A stretch of DNA of 64,000 nucleotides from Arenicellales bacterium (GTDB lineage Bacteria > Pseudomonadota > Gammaproteobacteria > Arenicellales > JAJDZL01). This document shows positions 63,822-64,000 of the stretch, one piece after another. The DNA is taken from positions 2,599,078-2,663,077 of the forward strand of contig OZ242211.1 of NCBI GenBank assembly GCA_965206345.1, given 5' to 3'. A program made the position numbers and the translations under genes. The notes under the pieces are model-generated. The model searched no databases. It saw only the letters and a list, made by a program, of their open reading frames with translations, and was not told where the DNA came from. Each line of letters begins with the position of its first letter. Within the stretch, counting starts at the first letter, position 1.

Positions 63822-64000
63822 ATGAATAAATTTACTCGTCGAAAATTTATGGGAACAGGGCTTGCTCTGCTCTTACCCCAATCCGCCTTTGGAGTGACGT
63901 CATCAGATTATGATGTGGTTGTAGTCGGTGCTGGTGCTGCAGGATTGGCTGCAGCCCGCAGTTTGATCAAAAAAGGAAAGAATGTGATCCTAGTTGAAGC
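63822..64000 (+). CDS. Tat-signal FAD-dependent (amine oxidase-like) oxidoreductase, 3' end beyond the window
   Basis: My translation: MNKFTRRKFMGTGLALLLPQSAFGVTSSDYDVVVVGAGAAGLAAARSLIKKGKNVILVEA. It has a twin-arginine motif and a GxGxxG dinucleotide fold. Confidence 0.75.
   Translation, partial: MNKFTRRKFMGTGLALLLPQSAFGVTSSDYDVVVVGAGAAGLAAARSLIKKGKNVILVE

Overview
This is a 64-kb stretch of a moderately AT-rich, proteobacterial-looking chromosome. It is densely coding. I found no rRNA, tRNA or CRISPR. All family calls come from motif recognition by eye; no searches were run.

Layout:
- 1-5.3 kb: 3' part of a double-length UvrA-like ATPase.
- 5.2-12.7 kb: a tightly packed seven-gene minus-strand operon for a corrinoid-dependent methyltransferase system. 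It encodes a MetH-activation-like protein, a pterin-binding methyltransferase, a zinc-motif URO-D/MtaA-type methyltransferase, a B12-binding protein, a RACo-type 2Fe-2S/ASKHA activase, a His-rich CobW/COG0523 GTPase and a GntR regulator.
- 13.2-14.7 kb: an arsR / arsI-cadI-like / MIP channel operon.
- 14.8-18 kb: a MetF-like reductase, a 177-aa unknown protein, a small PF13769-like protein and a glycerate kinase.
- 18-22.9 kb: a decayed islet with Phd/VapC and DUF1778/GNAT toxin-antitoxin pairs and gene remnants.
- 22.9-33.3 kb: a long acyl-CoA dehydrogenase, a CsaA-like protein, then a polyol-type ABC importer with two ATPases and a fused dihydroxyacetone kinase.
- 33.8-56.5 kb: acyl-CoA, PHA and amine metabolism (acylating ALDH, two acyl-CoA ligases, bdhA-like SDR, two group II PLP decarboxylases, ETF-QO, DUF1989, PhaJ-like, PhaC, crotonase, thioesterase, HAD), plus a DUF4143 ATPase and a YtrA-type ABC operon.
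- 56.5-64 kb: an envelope cluster (SNase-like, DUF547, GT2, polytopic GT-C-like protein). A diverged tandem segmental duplication follows, which duplicates a small secreted Cys-motif protein and is interrupted by IS110/IS21 fragments. After it come TauE/SafE and a Tat-signal flavoprotein cut by the window edge.

The best candidate for an undescribed system is the corrinoid methyl-transfer operon together with its MetF arm. Its substrate cannot be read from the sequence. The duplicated small-secreted-protein locus is the second most interesting region.
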